A DNA stretch of 64,000 nt from Rotaria socialis (taxonomy: Eukaryota), in assembly GCA_905331295.1 (NCBI GenBank), contig CAJNYD010000550.1, positions 112,606 through 176,605 on the forward strand. Reading direction: 5' to 3'. Under the pieces are notes generated by a model. That model did no database searches. It was given only the letters and a program-made list of their open reading frames with translations, and was not told where the DNA came from. The position numbers were made by a program, and so were the translations under genes. Within the stretch, counting starts at the first letter, position 1. Each line of letters starts with the position of its first letter. Shown one piece after another: positions 41,084-51,997 of the stretch.

Positions 41084-42343
41084 CTGAATCAACAATACTA
41101 CTACAGATAATTAACTATCCAACTGAGGAAATAACCTAGTAATTTTCATCATCTTCCTAGGTGCTGATAATCAATACTATTGTTTTATCTAGTTTTTATT
41201 GGACAAAGTGCCTGCCATAGTGGGCATGACTATGAGTCTCAGTGAATTTGATTAGTCTTATGCTTAGAATACATCTTGCATTTAAACAGTTAACCACAGT
41301 GGCAATAATACATATACGCCATCGTCACTATATCTGTGCATGGCACACCTGCAAATGCATTATCAAATATGATGCGCGTTGAGAGGGTGTGAATGAGATG
41401 CGGACAACTATCCCCATCAGATTTGATCGAAAGCAAAATTTTAGATTGGTGTAAATAGGAAAATACAAACGATGCTAATAGATTTTCAAACCAATTCGAA
41501 TACGAAATTTTCATGAGCCTACTTCAAATTGTACTATTACGTACTTATTCAGAGTTTAATATAAAAAATAGTAAAATTGCATCTATATATGAAAGAAATT
41601 ATTTGATTGATGATTGAACAACAAATTTGACTCAAATTGTTTAACTTTGAATTCCTATCGGTGATATCGGAAATCGCCCGGGAAAATTGAATTTAGAACT
41701 ATTCAGATGACACAAATTCGTAGCTATGGAAGAGAAAAAAAAATCGTTCTAGAAGCTATTGATGTTGGTCTAGTAGAGTTTATTTTGAATATTGTTCAGC
41801 TGAAGATTTATTAGGAATAAAGAACTAGGTATGACTTTGCAGTGTTCTATCCTATCGAGATTTTGGATCTCTAATAAAAAAAGGTATGCAATGAAATTTT
41901 GCAGTATGAGAAAAATAGTGACACAATAGACCAAATATTTGTCGTCAGACAGTTGCGATATGATGTCAAGCGTCAGAGTTTATCAATAATGGCTAATATA
42001 GATTAGAACAACTCACAGTTTTGTATTGAGTAAATACAATAGCGTCATTTCAGTTATACTAACATGAATTTCACAAAAGAGAAGAACCTTTTTTTTATCT
42101 TATCGCTTCTTCGCTTATTTCTTAATAGCCATTGAGAGGTCATTATTTGTCATAGTTTATCGAATAATTGAATACGGTGCTTCTTTCTCATTGTTATCTA
42201 TTTCAGTTATCTGAAGGCCACTATACTAGACATTGATAGCGATCTTTTCTATTACTATTACATGCATATAAAGATGCACACTTTCCTTGTCTGCATTTAA
42301 AATCTTTACAAGTCTTTTATTTCAATTCGAATAATACAAAATC

Positions 42344-43045
42344 ATGTTAACAATTCTGCTTCTCTGTTTGCTTGGTTTTGCTGCTGCACAACAACCACGT
42401 CCATGTACAACTCCACCACAATGGGAAGGGCGTATATACGACAGTAATGAAAAACAAAAAGCATCATTAAGAGGACGAATAAGCTATGATTCTGTTTATC
42501 ATCGTTCACGAATCGTCGACGATCTTCAAATCGGTACTGAAGAAATAGCGAATGATATTCTCTCCCTGTATGATGCTAGAATTGAATTCGATTATAATTT
42601 CAAAACTAAAAATTGTACACGCCGAGAAATAACTGAACCGTGGCGTGATTTTGGTATTCTTCCAGATGCAACTTCATATGGTGAAGCCTACATTGGTTCA
42701 TCTTCTCTTCCGGACACTGGTTTACTCATTACAATTTGGTTAGTACAAAGTCTTTTTCCATTGATTTGAAAAGTGCACTATTTTTTAAACATACGTAGGG
42801 GTGGCAATTTTACTTTATCAAACAATGAAACTATTCCATATATAGGAACATGGACATATCGAGGATGTCTTCCAGTTTCTCGAACAACTTACAGTGAAAA
42901 ATACGGCAATGAAGTGTTATCATTTTATGATCTCACTGTAGGTATTAGTGATCCAAACGTATTTATTCCTCGAAGCGAATGTCTTACAGAAAAAGAATAT
43001 GTCATGCGACATACTCTTTTTGGCACAACTACCAAGAAAAACTAA
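42344..43045 (+). CDS. EPDR1: Ependymin-related protein, copy 4 (2 exons)
   Basis: PCTTPPQWEGR, YDSVYHRSR, NCTR, WRDFGI, GEAYIG, CLPV and GISDPNVFIPRSEC; intron at about 42739-42798. Confidence 0.93.
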
Positions 43046-43885
43046 TCTATTATTATTTGTGTATGCCTGTTTATTTTTTTCATACTTTTCTTTTGTTTCT
43101 TAAAATAAAAAGATGAAAAGTAGTGTTTCGTAGTTCTTTTTTTTGAAAATGATCTAATTACCATGAATATTACGAAAAATCAATAATAATCTTTATAAGA
43201 ACCTTCAGAAATCATCCAATAGTTAGAAACATTAATCAGTAAGTTATTAAATACAAACATAGACATATTTTAAAGATCATACATTATAAAGTCAATCTAT
43301 TAAGAAATAATTTAGAGAGATAATAATAAAAGAGTATTCACATATTCGTTATGTATATTTTTTGCATGTCAAGGTTCGTGTTGATCTTTCTCTTCATTCA
43401 GTCAAACCTAGTTATACGAAAGAGATGAATTTATTGTCAGGAAAAGAAACTTTGTTTCAAAATCTAGTAAATTGATAAGATACGAAATATACAGTTGCTC
43501 CTTCTTTTTCTGTACGTCAATTAACTTAGAAGATTCATGACTGTCATTTGTTTCAAGATCTCATTAGAATTTAAGTAGGGTTCAATTTTCAGTGTTACAC
43601 TGAAATCGTTCTGTGATTGTCGCTGAGAAAGTGTCTTCCATAAGAACGAAAAATGAATAAAGTGTATAGTGAGATGCCAACGAATTCGAACTAAATGGAA
43701 TCGTTATATTATCAGAACGGACAACTTTTGACTAGTCTACAGGTAAAACTAAGAAGTCAACAGATAAAGAAATATTGACGATATTACATGTAGCGTCATC
43801 TATAAGCCTCCATTTTAGATTGGCAACTACTATGTATACCTTAAACACTTTTAATACAAAAAGAAAATTTTATTTCACTTTCATC

Positions 43886-43903
43886 ATGCACTATGGATTC
43901 TAA
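43886..43903 (+). promoter_or_regulatory. Short uORF (MHYGF*) overlapping the PSMG3 start codon out of frame
   Basis: ATG CAC TAT GGA TTC TAA; extendable in frame to an ATG at 43832. Whether it lies inside the mRNA is unknown. Confidence 0.45.
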
Positions 43904-44363
43904 ATTTCCACAAACAACAACTGTAAGAGTCATAAATTCCTAATATTATTTTGTATTTGGCATACTTCTAGGCACAAACAACACTGAGCAATCACATTAC
44001 TGATCTTGTTATAAGTAGTTTTGCTAATAAACTTTTTATATCGGTAACTCAATTTGGTAAAATCGGAAGTTTAGTAAGTCAAAAATAGAGAACCTAATCA
44101 TATTTATTTCCATATGAATTGTGTAGGTTCTCGTTCGTCGTGACGTTAATCTAGAAGAAGATTCAGCACCAGTCTATTCAGTAAAATCTCTTCTTGGTAA
44201 AGATCAAGCTGAATATCATATACTTGCTCGTCATCTTTACGAACGCTTACAATTAAAAAAACAACTTCTCTTTGGTTTTGCATTACATTCATTCGCTAAG
44301 AAAGATCTTGCAGAAATCGAAGAATTTATCTGTTCTAATATTAAAAAAGTAAATCAACAATGA
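43893..44363 (+). CDS. PSMG3: Proteasome assembly chaperone 3 (PAC3), 3 exons (43893-43922, 43972-44073, 44127-44363), 122 aa; absent from the ORF track
   Basis: Spliced translation MDSKFPQTTTAQTTLSNHITDLVISSFANKLFISVTQFGKIGSLVLV...VYSVKSLLGKDQAEYHILARHL...LLFGFALH...QQ*. It matches the PAC3 motifs VTQFGKxGxL and KxLLGxD. Confidence 0.9.
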
Positions 44364-44635
44364 ATAAAAGGTTTTTGAAAAATTTTCTTCCATACATCAC
44401 ATTAATGGGTGTAATCTATGTAACAATACGTAGTGCATCTTGGGTACGTTACGATCGTCGACGACAACAAGTTAAAACATATTCACGTGATGAAATTAAA
44501 GCTAAAGGTCTTGATTATGGTGAACCAACAACGTTAGAAGAAGAATATGAGCAAATGGTTAATCATCAAAATTTAGATGCATGGGAGCAAACACGAATCC
44601 AACGACCATGGCATGAAGAACCAGATAAACCCTAA
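44360..44635 (+). CDS. COX16: Cytochrome c oxidase assembly protein COX16, single exon
   Basis: N-terminal TM (FLPYITLMGVIYVTI), then VRYD, TLEEEYEQM and LDAWEQTRIQRPW, the COX16 signature; AATAAA at about 44686. Confidence 0.9.
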   Translation: MNKRFLKNFLPYITLMGVIYVTIRSASWVRYDRRRQQVKTYSRDEIKAKGLDYGEPTTLEEEYEQMVNHQNLDAWEQTRIQRPWHEEPDKP

Positions 44636-44754
44636 ATGTTTTCTTCCTTTTTTTTCTGTATTTTAAAATATCTATTAAAACTAACAATAAAAAGAATGAG
44701 TCGACGATCTAAGACTAGACAATAAAAAAGATTTTACTAATAAAAGTAATTCAT

Positions 44755-46084
44755 TCATTTATCACTGAGACCAGTTACACCAGGAAGATCTTTTCCTTCG
44801 AGAAGTTCAAGACTTGCACCACCTTAAAAGGAGTCGATAGATCAGTATAATACTCTCTAATTTAACTTACCTCCAGTTGATACATGATTCACTTGATCAG
44901 CAAAAACAAATTTAGCACTAGCAGTCGCTGTATCCTCTCCGCCAATAATTGTTATAGTATTTTGCTTTGTTTGTTTGACCACAGCTTTGAGTAATTCTTG
45001 TGTTCTATTAGCAAATTGATCTTGTTCAAAAACTTCCATAGAATCATTCCATACAATTGTTTTAGCTTTTTTAATACCAACTATAAATTGTTTTTATGGA
45101 TTCTTTGCCGATGTCAAGGCCAAGATAATCATCGTCGATACCATTTTCTTTTGTTGCTTTTTTCGTTTCTGTTGATTTAATATCATGAGCAACAATAAAA
45201 TCAACTAGCAAATAGATTTCAACATTTTTTGTTTTAGCTTTATCGAGAATCTTTTGAAATCGATTTCGATCCTTGTGAATCAAATAAAGATTTAACAATT
45301 TTCATATTCTCTTTTTCTTCGAGGAATTTAATTTTAAATATAAATATATATAAGAAATTCAAGAACAAACCAAGAATAGCAAGAAAACGTCGTTCAGGAT
45401 TTTCAAGTACTAGACCAAAATAATCAAGCTCTTTTTTCATTAAATAACCGGCTGCACGTTGATCAAGTTTAACTCCGACAATTGAACTGTGAGCACAAAG
45501 CTGCTCCAAAAGCATCATGAATATCTATAGGGAAAAAAACCAATCGGATCGTATTCATGTAAATATAAGACAAGAAAAAACTTACAAACATCACCAAATT
45601 TTGATAGACTAGCTCGAAATTTATTGGTAGCATCTTTGCCAGCTTTTGTTTTATTGCCTTGTTTATCTTCAACAGAACCTTCTTCAAGATGAAATTAGAG
45701 ATTTTCAAGTATAATAATTTGTCCATTATCGGATTCACCAACGACACGTTCAACTTCTTCACCAACACAATCATTCAGAAACGTTACATATTTGCCAAGT
45801 AATCTTTTTAATTCTTCAGCAACGGGCTTTAAACTTTCTTTTTCAGCGCGTTTACCATCAGGTCGACCCAAATGAGACATAAGAATAATTGCTTTTGCAT
45901 CTTTATCAAGAGCATATTTTATTGTTGGTAATGCACCTTCAAAATGTGTTGCTTATCTTTTACTTGGCCATGATCCAATGAAACATTGAAATCAACACGC
46001 ATTAAAACTCGTTTACCTTTTAGGCCGAGATCTCCAATAATTAATTTATTGCTAATACTACCTTTACTAGGTTGTAGATACCAT
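44755..46084 (-). pseudogene. PGK: Phosphoglycerate kinase pseudogene, introns retained
   Basis: [59 protein letters not shown]. There is a stop in ENL*FH (about 45695), frameshifts near 46070, 45942 and 45500, and the AKVxDK...GGGMA block is missing. Confidence 0.88.
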
Positions 46085-46536
46085 TGAGAGAATGTTTTTT
46101 TCTAGGGCGATTATTATTGAAATAAACCAAAAACCCGAAAGAAAGAACCGATACTCAAACCATGCTTTTATGTTTCAAAGAATAATTAATACGGCAAGAA
46201 AAAAAAATGCAATTCTAGAGCGGCTATGCAGACAGAACGAACAACAATGTTGGTCGAGAACGATAAACTAGGAGGCAAGTGTTATTGTTACCAACATCGT
46301 AATGGTAAAATTGGCAACACATTGGATTTTGTTACTATTTGCTTTTTGATTAAGTGTACACAATGAAAGAAAGAAAAAACGCTAATGCTATACTTGTATT
46401 TAAGTATGATGAAAGAAAAAGTCGTTTTTTATCGAAGAAAAAACCATGAGAAAAACAACTAATTTCTAAAGGAATCAAAAGTTTAAAGTATTTTCCATTG
46501 TTTTTTGTTTTGTTTCAGTAGTTCATCATATTGATC

Positions 46537-48110
46537 ATGGCTGCTACGGGTTTTGACAGAATGCCGGGACAAGGTTTCTCATCGAGAACAGCCAGGTAGA
46601 AGATATTTTCGTTAATTAAATTTTCATTTCTTTTTTGATTATTATTAAATATTTAGATTCCAATCACTTGGTTTACATCCAGAATTATTAACTGGGAGTC
46701 AACATCAAAGTACGCCTAATGTTGCACCAGGCTCTTATGATCTAATGCAATATGGTGACTTTAGTGAACAAACAATTCAAAAACGTATGGAAGGTCCCAA
46801 CTGGCAACAAGCATTATATACAGAACAGTTAGCTAAATTTCCTCATCCGAATTTTCGAGAAACATATGAAAAACGATTAGAAGATCAAAAACGTCTTGGT
46901 CCTGGTACGTATCCGATAAATGATTTTATAACAGAAGCTGACCGACGGCCACGTTGTGCACGAGGTGCACTTGATCAACTTTCACCACGATTTCCCAAAG
47001 AACAATTAGTATGAGAAAGAAAAAAAAGCTCATTTTGCTTTTCATTTCTACAGTGTTAATACTTTTTCTTTATTAATAGGATAAAGCACCTCCGCCAGGT
47101 GCCTACGGCATTCCTGATGAAAAAATTCACCGAAAACGATGGGAACAAGGTAGTAATATTCCATCACTTGATTGGAATCAAGGCCCAAGAACATTACCAC
47201 TTCAAGTACTGCAAAAACATCGACTTTTTGCTTTTCTTTCTGATCAATACATTTTTTTAGGGTTCAAAAATCGGCCCAGGAACATATAATATAAAAAATT
47301 CAATAGATGAATTAATTAATAAACGTGTCAGTGAAAAAGGTCCATATCAAATATTTTCATTAGATCGTTCAGCACCAATAGCAACTGGACATTATGCTGT
47401 TTTGGATACATGGGATTTGTCACCTGATTTTCCATCAAAAGATTATCCAGAATCAACATCGATCACACATGAATTAACAAAAAGTAAACATGGAACATTT
47501 AGTAAATTGAATAGATTTCAAAAGAAACCTACAAATCGATTAGCTATCGAACATCCAGGTGGGTACGTAGAGAAAATAAAGTAACTAAATTATTCTTTTG
47601 ATTTTTGTTTCTTAAACAAAAAAACAGGTCTTGAACCTAAAAATGTTGATTTCCCTGGACCGGGCGCATATGTCGTAACTCGACCATGGGAAAAACATGA
47701 TTATCACGCGAAAAAAGTTGGATTCAATTCATCATCAACAAGAAACGATAATCGTTCATTTACTAGTACAGGTGGTCATAATGTATGTTATTTATTAATA
47801 TTTTTTTTTCCATTTATCCATCACTTTGTATCTTTTTCATAGACGGTCGGTGTTGGTCGATATAATATTGTATCGCCCGTTCGAGATGAAACTATAGCTG
47901 ATAAACGTAAACGACCTAAACGACGAAATATTGCTTTTTCTTCCACAACATCCCGTTTTGCAACTGTCGATGGTGAATCGTTATTGAAGTAAGTCGCAAT
48001 CTAAAAACCAAAGTGATACAATGCATCTTGTATATTTTAGTGAACGTTTGAAACCACATAATCTTCGCCTGGAACAACGACAACAGTTATTCCTCAAAGG
48101 TCATATATAA
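46537..48110 (+). CDS. LEXM: LEXM/C1orf177 (CIMAP2)-like ciliary microtubule-associated protein with PGPGxY (SHIPPO-type) repeats, 7 exons
   Basis: VAPGSY, LGPGTY, PPPGAYG, IGPGTYNIK, GPYQIFSLDRS, KHGTFSKL, FPGPGAY, VGVGRY and NERLKP; all introns are GT-AG. Confidence 0.82.
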
Positions 48111-50869
48111 GCATAAATTATCTATGCGAAACCACAGACCATCAAAGTTTATCTGATACCTCATTGCTTTCTCTTTCGTTATTAGCTTCTTTTGCCTTAT
48201 CAGTATTATCAACGCGAACTTTTTTAATTGTATATTTTTTCTTGTGAATCAATGAAACGAAAGCCTTAATGTTGTTGTACTTCCAAATCGATCAATAAAA
48301 TTTTTAATAAATGATTTCAATATTTTGGTTACTGCAGTCCTCGAAGGTGCACTTATAGAACAAATCAGCTAGAATGTTCATCGATTTAGATTTGAAAATG
48401 AAACTATCAATGATTTCTCTTATTTTTTCAAAGAACTATTTTCATCTGAAAAATACTACAATTTGATATTCTATTGAAAGATGCTTTCTGAGTCGTTATC
48501 TTTCCTTTTTACGATTCGAACTAACCCTGATGCGTACAAATTATTTTCTATTCGTACTTGACTAACCCAGTTATGATATATATGTGTACTTTTAGTTCGA
48601 ACTCTTAGCACTTTTGTTTGTACTCATTTATGATGGTGTCCTACTCTGAGAGTTCGGAGTTTTCTCAATGATATAATGACCATTTTTGACTTTGTGTGCA
48701 GTTCAGCAGAAACAGAATGGGCGTATCTAATTATACTTGTCGTAGATGTTAAAAGTTTCAATTGTCGTATTTTGATTGAGATACAATATAAAAACAACTA
48801 TGCAGTACAGATTAAATATAATACTTGTTTACTTCTAGTTTCATTGGATCAGTTAAACCATTAAAATATCCAGGCATTATATTTTAATTTCGACTAAGTT
48901 TCAATGCTTTTTACTAAATTAAAAATAATCAAAATGAATAGTTTACTCATCATTCTTTGACATATCAACAAACAATGTCTCTAATTTGCATCTTTAACCA
49001 ATAAAAATGACAGATTTTGCGAGAAAATCCCGACGCATTATCTATTATTAAAAAGTTTAAGAAATAAACTAAGCCCCGTCAGGGTAATATTGAAAACTAT
49101 GAATCACAGCCCAGGACTATTCATTAACATCACGGATTTTGTTTTTTCGGTAGACAAATCAATGTCCCATCTATTGATCGATCGACCAACCAACGAGTAG
49201 AAAGAAATTATTGTCATCAAAACAATAAGCATAATGTCAAAACGATTATTTTTCAATGAATGAAAAACGTTTTCATGACTCAAAATCAGTTAAATCCAAT
49301 TTATAAAATAAGTTTTGCATTATTCACATCAATGATTATAAAATATAAGCTCGACTTTGCTTTTATTGTTATTTTACTTTCAGTTCATTATCAGTGAATA
49401 GCTTTATGCTTCGTAGTAACTGGCACTACTCAAAAACCATTTCATTGAATGACATGCATATACGTAAAACCTTTCAATACATGAATAAAGCTGTATCCAA
49501 TATTTTTTGCCCCTCCCCGCCCCCCTCCACGATATGTTATAGGCATGACGCAATCGTTATACTTTTCCATCGAGATGAGTCAAACACATTGTGTGCCATT
49601 TTTATAGAGTTCTTCAAATTCGTATCACAACTGGCAAGAACCGACATCTCTGTCGATAGAGCGGAAGAAAAAATGTTTTCTTTGAAATTCGATCTGTCAC
49701 AAACAAAATGTTCGTATTTTCAAACTGCAGAGAGACACTTATTGACAGGAAAACAAACCAAGTGTTTCCATCGAAATTTAATCTATTGACTACTTAACTA
49801 CATTCCATGACTAAGAACGTTCACGTCAAAACAATATACGATTTATTCACTAATATTGAGTTCTTTCAGATCAACACCTACTGTGACCTATATGTTCTCT
49901 TATTAAAAAAAAAAGAAGTATGATCTTGCTTCGATAGATAATTATAATACAATGATGAGATCGTTTTCCTTAAAAAGAAAAATGTCCTTTTCATGAGTCT
50001 ATGACGTATTTCTGTATTATTTATTCATCCTTATAGGAATCATATTGATCTTTTACAACCCCTATCACCTTCTCATTATCTGTGGTCTGAAGCCTTTTTT
50101 GGTTTCTTTCAACGATGTAGAAATTCAATCGTCATTAAAACGAAGATCTTTGTTGTGAAAGACTATACAAAAATATGATGCTCATTGGTTTCTACATTGA
50201 TGAATATTTATAGCAAATAAAAGTTTTTGTTTTGCTGTCCTCTTATTCAAATTAACTAGAGCCTATGCATGATAATCACTTGACTGGTAAACATGTATAA
50301 ATAAACAATTTAGGCTATTGCGAACGCCATTTAAGTGTACAGGCATGTTTGCGAAACATTTCTTCTTTTTTGTTTCTGGTAAAATGAAATTATCGATTGC
50401 AATCTGACCTTATATTGACAGAAATACTATCTATATATAAACATTTGAAGAACGATGGAATATATATTTCTGAACAAGAAGAAATATACGAGAAAATTGT
50501 GTAAGAAATTTTCGATAGTATAAAATTACTTTTGATTATTCTAGAAATGTCAAAAAAGAAAACGCAGTCTAATCTGTGTTCTAAGTAAATTGGATAGAAG
50601 AATTTTTTTTATAAATCCTCTTATCAAATATTACTCATTCGACTGATTGATTTGGTCATTTTTCAGTCGTATTTTTAGTTGGAAGGTTAGTGAATTTTTC
50701 ATATACTATTCATAATTCTCTTGCATTTGACTGAGATGTAGCTGTGTATCCGAGAAAAGAAAAGAAAACAGTAATCGTATTGTTTTTCTATAATCGAGAT
50801 AAATCGGTATGAGAAATTTTTAGATTAATCTTCAAAATTAACCAATTTGATCAAGTAGATAAAAAGAAA

Positions 50870-51806
50870 ATGGGAACTTGGATTGGTCACACTGCGCCTG
50901 GTACGCTTTCGAAAGCATTATCTACTGTATTTAGACTTAAATCTTTCTTTAAATTTAGGCGTATTCTTTATTTTATTTGCTTTGTGGTGGCATATAAATA
51001 ATTGCATACGTTATATGCGATCACTGGCTAGTGAAACGGGTAGAGAAACATTACCGAAAAAAGTAACGTTTCTAGGATCAACAACGTATCCATGTGCATG
51101 TTTACCGGGTAAAACTTTTCGACAAGTACCAGCAGAAAGTATTTTAAAAATTCTCATAACATCCATTCATTTTGCCATTGAACTTATAACCGGCTACTCC
51201 AGAGATCCAAGACCTCATATTGGCGATGAAAATGCTCATCATACAGCTATGCTTTTTGGCTTTTTTCTTGGTGCTTGGATTGAAATACTTGTTCATTATA
51301 GATTTGCATTACCAAAACGTATAACACAATTTATGGGTTTCTTAGCTTTTTCTATGGAAGGTTTAATGATGGTATTTCATTTGCATGCTCGAAGTATGGT
51401 TGATGCTCATATGCATCAACTACTGGCCTTGACAATAGTCTGTTCAATGATAGGAGCTTTGTGTGAATGTTTTGATCCAAATAATTTTTGGTTTATTGTT
51501 GGCCGAAGTTTTTTTGCTTTAACACAAGGCACTTGGTTCATTCAAGCAGCCTATGTCATATGGCCAGCAACAACAAATCCGTTGTTTGTTTGGGATCCGG
51601 AATCTCATCGATCAGTTTCATTATTAACAATGTCATATGCATATCATTTAGCGGGTAATGCTTTTATATTAATAATTGTTTATTTATTAGTGCACATGCG
51701 CATTAAACCACGTATAGAATCAGATACTGATGAAGTCCATGATGACGAGACATTTTCGGGCTATAAATTGATTCTAAATACACATGATGAAGAAAATCAT
51801 GTGTGA
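50870..51806 (+). CDS. TMEM45: TMEM45 (DUF716) family multi-pass membrane protein, 2 exons
   Basis: Exon 1 MGTWIGHTAPG splices to VFFILFALWW; HHTAMLFGF, EGLMMVFHLH, DAHMHQLL and QGTWFIQ. Confidence 0.88.
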
Positions 51807-51997
51807 AATAATAAGAACCTCATTTCTACCTAAACAAATTATTTTTATGTCTTTTCGTGCTGTAAGATTTTCATATTTCTGGAATTATTGATATTGTCAA
51901 AGTGCGTTATTTTTCTTTTAATAAAGATTTGAACAGAAAAATCGCAATTATTGTTGTTGTGGTAACTTATTTTGCGCTTAATAAATTTATTCGACTA

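Noticed and set aside
44340..44380. PSMG3-COX16 as a single fusion protein broken by a sequencing frameshift
   Set aside because: Both ORFs are full length with their own start and stop, and COX16 needs a free N-terminus for mitochondrial import. Read-level confirmation is still advisable.
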